In this document: in pieces, positions 15,001 through 30,000 of the stretch | Layout: each line of letters starts with the position of its first letter | How positions within the stretch are numbered: the stretch's first letter is position 1 | Origin: Eledone cirrhosa | Taxonomy: Eukaryota | NCBI GenBank assembly: GCA_964016885.1 | Contig: OZ024741.1 | Span: 405,418,001 to 405,482,000, forward strand | DNA: 64,000 nt | Reading direction: 5' to 3' | Position numbers and translations under genes: made by a program | The notes under the pieces: model-generated | What the model was told of the DNA's origin: nothing | What the model saw: only the letters and a program-made list of their open reading frames with translations | Databases searched by the model: none

Positions 15001-18000
15001 CACATCTAACCTATGTAACTCTCTTCTCCTAGTTTCTCCCCTCTCACATCTCACATATGTAACTCTCTTCTTCTAGTTTCTTCCCTGTCACATCTCACGT
15101 ATGTAACTCTCTTCTTCTAGTTTCTTCCCTCTCACATCTCACATATGTAACTCTCTTCTCCTAGTTTGTTCCCTCTCACATCTCAACTATGTAACTCTCT
15201 TCTTCTAGGTTCTTCCCTCTCACATCTCACATATGTAACTCTTTTCTCCTAGTTTCTTCCCTCTTACATCTCACCTATGTAACTCTCTTCTCCTAGTTTT
15301 TCCCCTCTCACATCTCACCTATGTAACTCTCTTCTTCTAGTTTCTTCCCTCTCGCATCTCACCTATGTAACTCTCTTCTCCTAGTTTCTTCTATCCCACA
15401 TCTCACATATGTAGCTCTCCTCTCCTAGTTTCTTCCCTCTCACATCTCACCTATGTAACTCTCTTCTCCTAGTTTCTTCCCCCTCACATCTCACATAAGT
15501 ATCTCTCTTCTTCTAGTTTCTTCCCTCTCACATCTCACCTATGTAACTCTCTTCTTCTAGTTTTTTCCCTCTCACATCTCACCTATGTAACTCTCTTCTT
15601 CTAGTTTCTTCCCTCTCGCATCTCACCTATGTAACTCTCTTCTCCTAGTTTCTTCCCTTCCACATGTCACATATGTAACTCTATGCTCCTAGTTCCTTAC
15701 CTCTCACATCTCACCTATGTAACTCTCTTCTCCTAGTTCCCCCCCTCACATCTCACCTATGTAACTCTCTTCTCCTAGTTTTTCCCCTCACACATCTCAC
15801 ATATGTAAATCTATTCTCATAGTTTCTTCCCTCTCACATCTCACCTATGTAACTCTCTTCTCCTAGTTTCTTCCATCCCACATCTCACCTATGTAACTCT
15901 CTTCTCCTAGTTTCTTCCCTCTCACATCTCACATATGTAACTCTCTTCTCCTAGTTTCTTCCCTCTCACATCTCACCTATGTAACTCTCTTCTTCTAGTT
16001 TCTTCCCTCTCTCATCTCACCTATGTAACTCTCTTCTCCTAGTTTCTTCCCTCTCACATCTCACCTATGTAACACTCATCTCCTAGTTTTTCCCTCCCAC
16101 ATCTCACCTATGTAACTCTCTTCACTTCGTTTCTTCCCTCTCACATCTCACCTATGTAACTCTTCTCCTAGTTTTTTCCCTCTCACATCTCACCTATGTA
16201 ACTCTCTTCTTCTAGTTTCTTCCCTCTCGCATCTCACCTATGTAACTCTCTTCACCTAGTTTCTTCCCTCCCACATCTCACATATGTAACTCTCCTCTCC
16301 TAGTTTTTTCCCTCTCACATCTCACCTACGTAACTCTCTTCTCCTAGTTTTGTCCCTCTCACGTCTCACATATGTAACTCTCTTCTTCTAGTTTCTTCCC
16401 TCTCACATCTCACATATGTAACTCTCTTCTTCTAGATCCTTCCCTCTCACATCTCACCTATGTAACTCTCTTCTAATTTCTTCCCTCTCACATCTCACCT
16501 ATGTAACTCTCTTCTCCTAGTTTCTCCCACATCTCACCTATGTAACTCTCTTCTCCTAATATCTTCCCTCTCACATCTCACCTATGTAAATCTCTTCTCC
16601 TAGTTTCTTCCCTCTCACATCTCACATATGTAAATCTCTTCTTCTAGTTTCTTCCCTCTCACATCTCACCTATGTAACTCTCCTCTTCTAGTTTCTTCCC
16701 TCTCAAATCTCACCTATGTAACTCTCTTCTCCTAGTTTCTTCCCCCTCACATCTCACATATGTAACTCTCTTCTTCTAGTTTCTGCCCTCTCACATCTCA
16801 CATACGTAACTCTCTTCTTCTAGTTTGTTCCCTCTCATATCGCGCCTATGTAACTCTCTTCTGCTAGTTTCTTCCCTCTTTTATCACGCCTATGTAACTC
16901 TCTTCTCCTACTTTCTTCCCTCTGACATCTCACCTATGTAACTCTCTTCTCCTAGTTTCTTCCCTCTCACATCTCACCTATGTAACTCTCTTCTTCTAGT
17001 TTCTTCCCTCTCTCATCTCACCTATGTCACTCTCTTCTCCTAGTTTCTTCCCTCTCACATCTCACCTATGTAATACTCATCTCCTAGTTTTTTCCCTCCC
17101 ACATCTCACCTATGTAACTCTCTTCACTTACTTTCTCCCCTCTCACATCTCACCTATGTAACTCTCTTCAACTAGTTTCTCTCACATCTCACCTATGTAA
17201 CTCTCTTCTCCTAGTTTCTTCCCTCCCACATCTCACATATGTAACTCTCCTCCTAGTTTCTTCCCTCTCACATCTCACCTATGGAACTCTCTTCTTCTAG
17301 TTTCTGCCCTCTCACATCTCACATATGTAACTCTCTTCTCCGAGTTTCTTCCCTCTCTTATCTCACATATGTAACTCTCTTCTTCTAGTTTTTTCCCTCT
17401 CACATCTCACATATGTAACTCTCTCCTCCTAGTTCCTTCCCTCTTACATCCCACCTATGTAACTCTCTTCTCCTAGTTTTTTCCCTCTCACATCTCACCT
17501 ATGTAACTCTCTTCTCCTAGTTTCTTCCCTTCCACATGTCACATATGTAACTCTACGCTCCTAGTTTCTTCCCTCTCACATCTCACCTATGTAACTCTCT
17601 CCTCCTAGTTCCTCCCCCTCACATCTCACATATGTAACTCTCTTCTCCTAGTTTTTCCCCTCTCACATCTCACATATGTAAATCTATTCTCATAGTTTCT
17701 TCCCTCTCACATCTCACCTAAGTAACTCTCTTCTAGTTTCTTCCATCCAGCATCTCACCTATGTAACTCTCTTCTCCTAGTTTCTTCCCTCGCACATCTC
17801 ACATATGTAACTCTCTTCTTCTAGTTTCTTCCCTCTCACATCTCACATATGTAACTCTCATCGTCTAGTTTCTTCCCTCTCAAATCTCACCTATGTAACA
17901 CTCTTCTCCTAGTTTCTTCCCTCTCACATCTCACATATGTAACTCTTTTCTTTTAGTTTCTTCCCTCTCACATCTCACCTATGTTACTCTCTTCTCCTAG

Positions 18001-21000
18001 TTTCTTCCCTCTCACATGTCACGTATGTAACTACGTTCTTCTAGTTTCTTCCCTCTCACATCTCACATATGTAATTCTCTTCTTATAGTTTCTTTCCTCT
18101 CACACCTCACACATGTAACTCTCTTCTTCTAGTTTCTTCCCTTTCACATCTCACCTGTGTAACTCTCTTCTCCTAGTTTCTTCCCTCCCACATCTCACAT
18201 ATGTAACTCTCCTCTCCTAGTTTCTTCCCTCTCACATCTCACCTATGTAACTCTCTTCTCCTAGTTTCTTTCCTTCTCACATCTCACATTATTAACTCTC
18301 TTCTTCTAGTTTCTTCCCTCTCACATCTCACATATGTAACTCTCTTCTCCTAGTTTCTTCCCTCTCACATCTCGCATATGTAACTCTCTTCTTCTAGGTT
18401 CTTCCCTCTCACATCTCACATATGTAACTCTCTTCTCCTAGTTTATTCCCTCTCACATCTCACCTGTGTAACTCTCTCCCCCTAGTTTCTTCCCTCTCAC
18501 ATCTCACCTATGTAACTCTCTTCTCCTAGTTTCTTCCCTCTCACATCTCACCTATGTAACTCTCTTCTTCTAGTTTCTTCCCTCTCACATCTCACATATG
18601 TAACCCTCATCGTCTAGTTTCTTCCCTCTCACATCTAACCTATGTAACTCTCTTCTCCTAGTTTCTCCCCTCTCACATCTCACATATGTAACTCTCTTCT
18701 TCTAGTTTCTTCCCTCTCACATCTCACGTATGTAACTCTCTTCTTCTAGTTTCTTCCCTCTCACGTCTCACCTATGTAACTCTCTTCTTCTAGGTTCTTA
18801 CCTCTCACATCTCACATATGTAACTCTTTTCTCCTAGTTTCTTCCCTCTTACATCTCACCTATGTAACTCTCTTCTCCTAGTTTTTCCCCTCTCACATCT
18901 CACCTATGTAACTCTCTTCTTCTAGTTTCTTCCCTCTCGCATCTCACCTATGTAACTCTCTTCTCCTAGTTTCTTCCATCCCACATCTCACATATGTAAC
19001 TCTCCTCTCCTAGTTTCTTCCCTCTCACATCTCACCTATGTAACTCTCTTCTCCTAGTTTCTTCCCCTTCACATCTCACATAAGTATCTCTCTTCTTCTA
19101 GTTTCTTCCCTCTCACATCTCACCTATGTAACTCTCTTCTCCTAGTTTCTTCCCTCCCACATCTCACATATGTAACTCTCCTCCTAGTTTCTTCCCTCTC
19201 ACATCTCACCTATGTAACTCTCTTCTTCTAGTTTCTGCCCTCTTACATCTCACATATGTAACTCTCCTCTCCTAGTTTCTTCCCCCTCACATCTCACATA
19301 TGTAACTCTTTTCTCCTAGTTTCTTCCCTCTCATATCTCACATATGTAACTCTCTTCTTCTAGTTTCTTCCCTCTCACATCTCACCTATGTAACTCTCTT
19401 CTCCTAGTTTCTTCCCTCTCACATCTCACCTATGTAACTCTCTTTTCCTAGTTTCTTCCCTCTTACATCTCACCTATGTAACTCTCTTCTCCTAGTTTCT
19501 TCCCTCTCACATCTCACATATGTAACTCTCTTCTCCTAGTTTCTTCCCTCTCACATCTCACCTATGTAACTCTCTTCTTCTAGTTTCTTCCCTCTCTCAT
19601 CTCACCTATTTAACTCTCTTCTCCTAGTTTCTTCCCTCTCACATCTCACCTATGTAACACTCATCTCCTAGTTTTTCCCTCCCACATCTCACCTATGTAA
19701 CTCTCTTCACTTAGTTTCTTCCCTCTCACATCTCACCTATGTAACTCTTCTCCTAGTTTTTTCCCTCTCACATCTCACCTATGTAACTCTCTTCTTCTAG
19801 TTTCTTCCCTCTCGCATCTCACCTATGTAACTCTCTTCTCCTAGTTTCTTCCCTCCCACATCTCACATATGTAACTCTCCTCTCCTAGTTTCTTCCCTCT
19901 CACATCTCACATATGTAACTCTCTTCTTCTAGTTTCTTCCCTATCACATCTCACATATGTAACTCTCATCGTCTAGTTTCTTCCCTCTCAAATCTCACCT
20001 ATGTAACTCTCTTCTCCTAGTTTCTTCCCTCTCACATCTCACATATGTAACTCTTTTCTTTTAGTTTCTTCCCTCTTACATCTCACCTATGTTACTCTCT
20101 TCTCCTAGTTTCTTCCCTCTCACATGTCACGTATGTAACTACGTTCTTCTAGTTTCTTCCCTCTCACATCTCACATATGTAATTCTCTTCTTCTAGTTTC
20201 TTCCCTCTCACATCTCACATATGTAACTCTCTTCTCCTAGTTTATTCCCTCTCACATCTCACCTGTGTAACTCTCTCCCCCTAGTTTCTTCCCTCTCACA
20301 TCTCACCTATGTAACTCTCTTCTCCTAGTTTCTTCCCTCTCACATCTCACCTATGTAACTCTCTTCTTCTAGTTTCTTCCCTCTCACATCTCACATATGT
20401 AACCCTCATCGTCTAGTTTCTTCCCTCTCACATCTAACCTATGTAACTTTCTTCTCCTAGTTTCTCCCCTCTCACATCTCACATATGTAACTCTCTTCTA
20501 GTTTCTTCCCTCTCACATCTCACGTATGTAACTCTCTTCTTCTAGTTTCTTCCCTCTCACATCTCACATATGTAACTCTCTTCTCCTAGTTTGTTCCCTC
20601 TCACATCTCACCTATGTAACTCTCTTCTTCTAGGTTCTTCCCTCTCACATCTCACATATGTAACTCTTTTCTCCTAGTTTCTTCCCTCTTACATCTCACC
20701 TATGTAACTCTCTTCTCCTAGTTTTTCCCCTCTCACATCTCACCTATGTAACTCTCTTCTTCTAGTTTCTTCCCTCTCGCATCTCACCTATGTAACTCTC
20801 TTCTCCTAGTTTCTTCCATCCCACATGTCACCTATGTAACTCTCTTCTCCTAGTTTCTTTCCTCTCACATCTCACATATGTAACTCTCTTCTTCTAGTTT
20901 CTTCCCTCTCACATCTCACATATGTAACTCTTTTCTTTTAGTTTCTTCCCTCTCACATCTCACCTATGTTACTCTCTTCTTATAGTTTCTTCCCTCTCAC

Positions 21001-24000
21001 ACCTCACACATGTAACTCTCTTCTCCTAGTTTCTTCCCTCCCACATCTCACATATGTAACTCTCCTCTCCTAGTTTCTTCCCTCTCACATCTCACCTATG
21101 TAACTCTCTTCTCCTAGTTTCTTTCCTTCTCACATCTCACATAATTAACTCTCTTCTTCTAGTTTCTTCCCTCTCACATCTCACATATGTAACTCTCTTC
21201 TCCTAGTTTCTTCCCTCTCACATCTCACATATGTAACTCTCTTCTTCTAGGTTCTTCCCTCTCACATCTCACATATGTAACTCTCTTCTCCTAGTTTATT
21301 CCCTCTCACATCTCACCTGTGTAACTCTCTCCCCCTAGTTTCTTCCCTCTCACATCTCACATATGTAACTCTCTTCTCCTAGTTTCTTCCCCCTCACATC
21401 TCACATAAGTATCTCTCTTCTTCTAGTTTCTTCCCTCTCACATCTCACCTATGTAACTCTCTTCTCCTAGTTTCTTCCCTCCCACATCTCACATATGTAA
21501 CTCTCCTCCTAGTTTCTTCCCTCTCACATCTCACCTATGTAACTCTCTTCTTCTAGTTTCTGCCCTCTTACATCTCACATATGTAACTCTCTTCTCCTAG
21601 TTTCTTCCCCCTCACATCTCACATATGTAACTCTCTTCTCCTAGTTTCTTCCCTCTCATATCTCACATATGTAACTCTCTTCTTCTAGTTTCTTCCCTCT
21701 CACATCTCACCTATGTAACTCTCTTCTCCTAGTTTCTTCCCTCTCACATCTCACCTATGTAACTCTCTTTTCCTAGTTTCTTCCCTCTTACATCTCACCT
21801 ATGTAACTCTCTTCCCCTAGTTTCTTCCCTCTCACATCTCACATATGTAACTCTCTTCTCCTAGTTTCTTCCCTCTCACATCTCACCTATGCAACTCTCT
21901 TCTTCTAGTTTCTTCCCTCTCTCATCTCACCTATGTAACTCTCTTCTCCTAGTTTCTTCCCTCTCACATCTCACCTATGTAACACTCATCTCCTAGTTTT
22001 TCCCTCCCACATCTCACCTATGTAACTCTCTTCACTTAGTTTCTTCCCTCTCACATCTCACCTATGTAACTCTTCTCCTAGTTTTTTCCCTCTCACATCT
22101 CACCTACGTAACTCTCTTTTCCTAGTTTCGTCCCTCTCACATCTCACATATGTAACTCTCTTCTTCTACTTTCTTCCCTCTCACATCTCACATATGTAAC
22201 TCTCTTCTTCTAGTTTCTTCCCTCTCACATCTCACCTATGTAACTCTCTTCTAATTTCTTCCCTCTCACATCTCACCTATGTAACTCTCTTCTCCTAGTT
22301 TCTCCCACATCTCACCTATGTAACTCTCTTCTAGTTTTTTCCCTCTCACATCTCACATATGTAACTCTCTTCTCCTAGTTTCTTCCCTCTCACATCTCAC
22401 CTATGTAACTCTCTTTTCCTAGTTTCTTCCCTCTTACATCTCACCTATGTAACTCTCTTCTCCTAGTTTCTTCCCTCTCACATCTCACATATGTAACTCT
22501 CTTCTCCTAGTTTCTTCCCTCTCACATCTCACCTATGTAACTCTCTTCTTCTAGTTTCTTCCCTCTCACATCTCACCTATGTAACTCCCTTCTCCTAGTT
22601 TCTTCCCTCTCACATCTCACATATGTAACTCTCCTCTCCTAGTTTCTTCCCTCTCACATCTCACCCATGTAACTCTCTTCTCCTACTTTCTTCCCTCTCA
22701 CATCTCACATATGTAACTCTCTTCTTCTAGTATCTTCCCTCTCACATCTCACATATGTAACTCTCTTCTTCTAGTTTCTTCCCTCTCACATCTCACCTAT
22801 GTAACTCTCTTCTCCTAATATCTTCCCTCTCACATCTCACCTATGTAACTCTCTTCTCCTAGTTTCTTCCCTCTCACATCTCACATATGTAAATCTCTTC
22901 TTCTAGTTTCTTCCTTCTCACATCTCACCTATGTAACTCTCCTCTTATAGTTTCTTCCCTCTCAAATCTCACCTATGTAACTCTCTTCTCCTAGTTTCTT
23001 CCCTCTCACATCTCATATATGTAACTCTCTTCTTCTAGTTTCTGCCCTCTCACATCTCACATACGTAACTCTCTTCTTCTAGTTTGTTCCCTCTCATATC
23101 GCGCCTATGTAACTCTCTTCTCCTAGTTTCTTCCCTCTTTTATCACGCCTATGTAACTCTCTTCTCCTACTTTCTTCCCTCTGACATCTCACCTATGTAA
23201 CTCTCTTCTCCTAGTTTCTTCCCTCTCACATCTCACCTATGTAACTCTCTTCTTCTAGTTTCTTCCCTCTCTCATCTCACCTATGTCACTCTCTTCTCCT
23301 AGTTTCTTCCCTCTCACATCTCACCTATGTAATACTCATCTCCTAGTTTTTTCCCTCCCACATCTCACCTATGTAACTCTCTTCACTTACTTTCTTCCCT
23401 CTCACATCTCACCTATGTAACTCTCTTCTCCTAGTTTTTTCCCTCTCACATCTCACCTATGTAACTCTCTTCTTCTAGTTTCTTCCCTCTCGCATCTCAC
23501 CTATGTAACTCTCTTCTCCTAGTTTCTTCCCTTCCACATGTCACATATGTAACTCTACGCTCCTAGTTCCTTCCCTCTCACATCTCACCTATGTAACTCT
23601 CTTCTCCTAGTTCCTCCCCCTCACATCTCACATATGTAACTCTCTTCTCCTAGTTTTTCCCCTCACACATCTCACATATGTAAATCTATTCTCATAGTTT
23701 CTTCCTTCTCACATCTCACCTATGTAACTCTCTTCTCCTAGTTTCTTCCATCCCACATCTCACCTATGTAACTCTCTTCTCCTAGTTACTTCCCTCTCAC
23801 ATCTCACATATGTAACTCTCTTCTTTTAGTTTCTTCCCTCTCACATCTCACCTATGTTACTCTCTTCTCCTAGTTTCTTCCCTCTCACATGTCACGTATG
23901 TAACTACGTTCTTCTAGTTTCTTCCCTCTCACATCTCACATATGTAATTCTCTTCTTATAGTTTCTTCCGTCTCACACCTCACACATGTAACTCTCCTCT

Positions 24001-27000
24001 CCTAGTTTCTTCCCTCTCACATCTCACCTATGTAACTCTCTTCTCCTAGTTTTTTTCCTTCTCACATCTCACATAATTAACTCTCTTCTTCTAGTTTCTT
24101 CCCTCTCACATCTCACATATGTACCTCTCTTCTCCTAGTTTCTTCCGTCTCACATCTCACATATGTAACTCTCTTCTTCTAGGTTCTTCCCTCTCACATC
24201 TTACATATGTAACTCTCTTCTCCTAGTTTATTCCCTCTCACATCTCACCCGTGTAACTCTCTCCCCCTAGTTTCTTCCCTCTCACATCTCACCTATGTAA
24301 CTCTCTTCTCCTAGTTTCTTCCCTCTCACATCTCACCTATGTAACTCTCTTCTTCTAGTTTCTTCCCTCTCACATCTCACATATGTAACTCTCTTTTCCT
24401 AGTTTCTTCCCTCTCACATCTCACATATGTAACTCTCTTCTTCTAGGTTCTTCCCTCTCACATCTCACATATGTAACTCTCTTCTCCTAGTTTCTTCCCT
24501 CTCACATCTCACATATGTAACTCTCTTCTTCTAGGTTCTTCCCTCTCACATCTCACATATGTAACTCTCTTCTCCTAGTTTATTCCCTCTCACATCTCAC
24601 CTATGTAACTCTCTCCCCCTAGTTTCTTCCCTCTCACATCTCACCTATGTAACTCTCTTCTCCTAGTTTCTTCCCTCTCACATCTCACCTATGTAACTCT
24701 CTTCTTCTAGTTTCTTCCCTCTCACATCTCACATATGTAACTCTCATCGTCTAGTTTCTTCCCTCTCACATCTCACCTATGTAACTCTCTTGTCCTAGTT
24801 TCTTCCCTCTCACATCTCACATATGTAACTCTCTTCTTGTAGTTTCTTCCCTCTCACATCTCACGTATGTAACTCTCTTCTTCTAGTTTCTTCCCTCTCA
24901 CATCTCACATATGTAACTCTCTTCTCCTAGTTTGTTCCCTTTCACATCTCACATATGTAACTCTCTCCTCCTAGTTTCTTCCCTCTTACATCTCACCTAT
25001 GTAACTCTCTTCTCCTAGTTTTTTCCCTCTCACATCTCACCTATGTAACTCTCTTCTTCTGGTTTCTCCCCTCTCGCATCTCACCTATGTAACTCTCTTC
25101 TCCTCGTTTCTTTCCTCCCACATGTCACATATGTAACTCTACTCTCCTAGTTTCTTCCCTCTCACATCTCACCTATGTAACTCTCTTCTAGTTTCTTCCC
25201 ACTCACATCTCACATATGTAACTCTCTTCTCCTACTTTTCCCCCTCTCACATCTCACATATATAAATCTCTTCTCCTAGTTTCTTCCCTCTCACATCTCA
25301 CCTATGTAACTCTCTTCTAGTTTCTTCCACCCCACATCTCACCTATGTAACTCTTTTCTCCTAGTTTCTTCCCTCTCACATCTCACATATGTAACTCTCT
25401 TCTTCTAGTTTCTTTCCTCTCACATCTCACATATGTAACTCTCATCGTCTAGTTTCTTCCCTCTCACATCTCACCTATGTAACTCTCTTCTCCTAGTTTC
25501 TTTCCTTCTTACATCTCACATAATTAACTCTCTTCTTCTAGTTTCTTCCCTCTCACATCTCACATATGTAACTCTCTTCTCCTAGTTTCTTCCCTCTCAC
25601 ATCTCACATATGTAACTCTCTTCTTCTAGGTTCTTCCCTCTCACATCTCAATATGTAACTCTCTTCTCCTAGTTTATTCCCTCTCACATCTCACCCGTGT
25701 AACTCTCTCCCCCTAGTTTCTTCCCTCTCACATCTCACCTATGTAACTCTCTTCTCCTAGTTTCTTCCCTCTCACATCTCACCTATGTAACTCTCTTCTT
25801 CTAGTTTCTTCCCTCTCACATCTCACATATGTTACCCTCATCGTCTAGTTTCTTCCCTCTCACATCTAACTTATGTAACTCTCTTCTCCTAGTTTCTCCC
25901 CTCTCACATCTCACATATGTAACTCTCTTCTTCTAGTTTCTTCCCTCTCACATCTCACGTATGTAACTCTCTTCTTCTAGTTTCTTCCCTCTCACATCTC
26001 ACATATGTAACTCTCTTCTCCTAGTTTGTTCCCTCTCACATGTCACCTATGTTACTCTCTTCTTCTAGGTTCTTCCCTCTCACATCTCACATATGTAACT
26101 CTCTTCTCCTAGTTTCTTCCCTCTTACATCTCACCTATGTAACTCTCTTCTCCTAGTTTTTCCCCTCTCACATCTCACCTATGTATCTCTCTTCTTCTAG
26201 TTTCTTCCCTCTCACATCTCACATATGTAACTCTCTTCTCCTAGTTTCTTCCCTCTCACATCTCACATATGTAACTCTCTTCTTCTAGGTTCTTCCCTCT
26301 CACATCTCACATATGTAACTCTCTTCTCCTAGTTTATTCCCTCTCACATCTCACCTATGTAACTCTCTCCCCCTAGTTTCTTCCCTCTCACATCTCACCT
26401 ATGTAACTCTCTTCTCCTAGTTTCTTCCCTCTCACATCTCACCTATGTAACTCTCTTCTTCTAGTTTCTTCCCTCTCACATCTCACATATGTAACTCTCA
26501 TCGTCTAGTTTCTTCCCTCTCACATCTCACCTATGTAACTCTCTTGTCCTAGTTTCTTCCCTCTCACATCTCACATATGTAACTCTCTTCTTGTAGTTTC
26601 TTCCCTCTCACATCTCACGTATGTAACTCTCTTCTTCTAGTTTCTTCCCTCTCACATCTCACATATGTAACTCTCTTCTCCTAGTTTGTTCCCTTTCACA
26701 TCTCACATATGTAACTCTCTCCTCCTAGTTTCTTCCCTCTTACATCTCACCTATGTAACTCTCTTCTCCTAGTTTTTTCCCTCTCACATCTCACCTATGT
26801 AACTCTCTTCTTCTGGTTTCTCCCCTCTCGCATCTCACCTATGTAACTCTCTTCTCCTCGTTTCTTTTCTCCCACATGTCACATATGTAACTCTACTCTC
26901 CTAGTTTCTTCCCTCTCACATCTCACCTATGTAACTCTCTTCTAGTTTCTTCCCACTCACATCTCACATATGTAACTCTCTTCTCCTACTTTTCCCCCTC

Positions 27001-30000
27001 TCACATCTCACATATATAAATCTCTTCTCCTAGTTTCTTCCCTCTCACATCTCACCTATGTAACTCTCTTCTAGTTTCTTCCACCCCACATCTCACCTAT
27101 GTAACTCTTTTCTCCTAGTTTCTTCCCTCTCACATCTCACATATGTAACTCTCTTCTTCTAGTTTCTTTCCTCTCACATCTCACATATGTAACTCTCATC
27201 GTCTAGTTTCTTCCCTCTCACATCTCACCTATGTAACTCTCTTCTCCTAGTTTCTTTCCTTCTTACATCTCACATAATTAACTCTCTTCTTCTAGTTTCT
27301 TCCCTCTCACATCTCACATATGTTACTCTCTTCTCCTAGTTTCTTCCCTCTCACATCTCACATATGTAACTCTCTTCTTCTAGGTTCTTCCCTCTCACAT
27401 CTCAATATGTAACTCTCTTCTCCTAGTTTATTCCCTCTCACATCTCACCCGTGTAACTCTCTCCCCCTAGTTTCTTCCCTCTCACATCTCACCTATGTAA
27501 CTCTCTTCTCCTAGTTTCTTCCCTCTCACATCTCACCTATGTAACTCTCTTCTTCTAGTTTCTTCCCTCTCACATCTCACATATGTTACCCTCATCGTCT
27601 AGTTTCTTCCCTCTCACATCTAACTTATGTAACTCTCTTCTCCTAGTTTCTCCCCTCTCACATCTCACATATGTAACTCTCTTCTTCTAGTTTCTTCCCT
27701 CTCACATCTCACGTATGTAACTCTCTTCTTCTAGTTTCTTCCCTCTCACATCTCACATATGTAACTCTCTTCTCCTAGTTTGTTCCCTCTCACATGTCAC
27801 CTATGTTACTCTCTTTTTCTAGGTTCTTCCCTCTCACATCTCACATATGTAACTCTCTTCTCCTAGTTTCTTCCCTCTTACATCTCACCTATGTAACTCT
27901 CTTCTCCTAGTTTTTCCCCTCTCACATCTCACCTATGTATCTCTCTTCTTCTAGTTTCTTCCCTCTCACATCTCACATATGTAACTCTCTTCTCCTAGTT
28001 TCTTCCCTCTCACATCTCACATATGTAACTCTCTTCTTCTAGGTTCTTCCCTCTCACATCTCACATATGTAACTCTCTTCTCCTAGTTTATTCCCTCTCA
28101 CATCTCACCTATGTAACTCTCTCCCCCTAGTTTCTTCCCTCTCACATCTCACCTATGTAACTCTCTTCTCCTAGTTTCTTCCCTCTCACATCTCACCTAT
28201 GTAACTCTCTTCTTCTAGTTTCTTCCCTCTCACATCTCACATATGTAACTCTCATCGTCTAGTTTCTTCCCTCTCACATCTCACCTATGTAACTCTCTTG
28301 TCCTAGTTTCTTCCCTCTCACATCTCACATATGTAACTCTCTTCTTGTAGTTTCTTCCCTCTCACATCTCACGTATGTAACTCTCTTCTTCTAGTTTCTT
28401 CCCTCTCACATCTCACATATGTAACTCTCTTCTCCTAGTTTGTTCCCTTTCACATCTCACATATGTAACTCTCTCCTCCTAGTTTCTTCCCTCTTACATC
28501 TCACCTATGTAACTCTCTTCTCCTAGTTTTTTCCCTCTCACATCTCACCTATGTAACTCTCTTCTTCTGGTTTCTCCCCTCTCGCATCTCACCTATGTAA
28601 CTCTCTTCTCCTCGTTTCTTTCCTCCCACATGTCACATATGTAACTCTACTCTCCTAGTTTCTTCCCTCTCACATCTCACCTATGTAACTCTCTTCTCCT
28701 AGTTTCTTCCCACTCACATCTCACATATGTAACTCTCTTCTCCTACTTTTCCCCCTCTCACATCTCACATATATAAATCTCTTCTCCTAGTTTCTTCCCT
28801 CTCACATCTCACCTATGTAACTCTCTTCTAGTTTCTTCCATCCCACATCTCACCTATGTAACTCTTTTTTCCTAGTTTCTTCCCTCTCACATCTCACATA
28901 TGTAACTCTCTTCTTCTAGTTTCTTTCCTCTCACATCTCACATATGTAACTCTCATCGTCTAGTTTCTTCCCTCTCAAATCTCACCTATGTAACTCTCTT
29001 CTCCTAGTTTCTTCCCTCTCACATTTCACATATGTCACTCTCTTCTCCTAGTTTCTTCCCTCTCACATGTCACGTATGTAACTACCTTCTTCTAGTTTCT
29101 TCCCTCTCACATCTCACATATGTAATTCTCTTCTCCTAGTTTCTTCCCTCTCACACCTCACACATGTAACTCTCTTCTTCTAGTTTCTTCCCTCTCACAT
29201 CTCACCTGTGTAACTCTCTTCTCCTAGTTTCTTCTCTCCCACATCTCACATATGTAACTCTCTTCTCCTAGTTTCTTCCCTCTCACATCTCACCCATGTA
29301 ACTCTCTTCTCCTAGTTTCTTTCCTTCTCACATCTCACATAATTAACTCTCTTCTTCTAGTTTCTTCCCTCTCACATCTCACATATGTAACTCTCTTCTC
29401 CTAGTTTCTTCCCTTTCACATCTCACATATGTAACTCTCTTCTTCTAGGTTCTTCCCTCTCACATCTCACATATGTAACTCTCTTCTCCTAGTTTATTCC
29501 TTCTCACATCTCACCTGTGTAACTCTCTCCCCCTAGTTTCTTCCCTCTCACATCTCACCTATGTAACTCTCTTCTCCTAGTTTCTCCACTCTCACATCTC
29601 ACATATGTAACTCTCTTCTTCTAGTTTCTCCCCTCTCACATCTCACGTATGTAACTCTCTTCTTCTAGTTTCTTCCCTCTCACATCTCACATATGTAACT
29701 CTCTTCTCCTAGTTTGTTCCCTCTCACATCTCACCTATGTAACTCTCTTCTTCTAGGTTCTTCCCTCCCACATCTCACATATGTAACTCTCCTCCTAGTT
29801 TCTTCCCTCTCACATCTCACCTATGTAACTCTCTTCTTCTAGTTTCTGCCCTCTTACATCTCACATATGTAACTCTCTTCTTCTAGTTTCTTCCCTCTCA
29901 CATCTCACATATGTAACTCTCTTCTCCTAGTTTCTTCCCTCTCACATCTCACCTATGTAACTCTCTTCTCCTAGTTTCTTCCCTCCCACATCTCACATAT

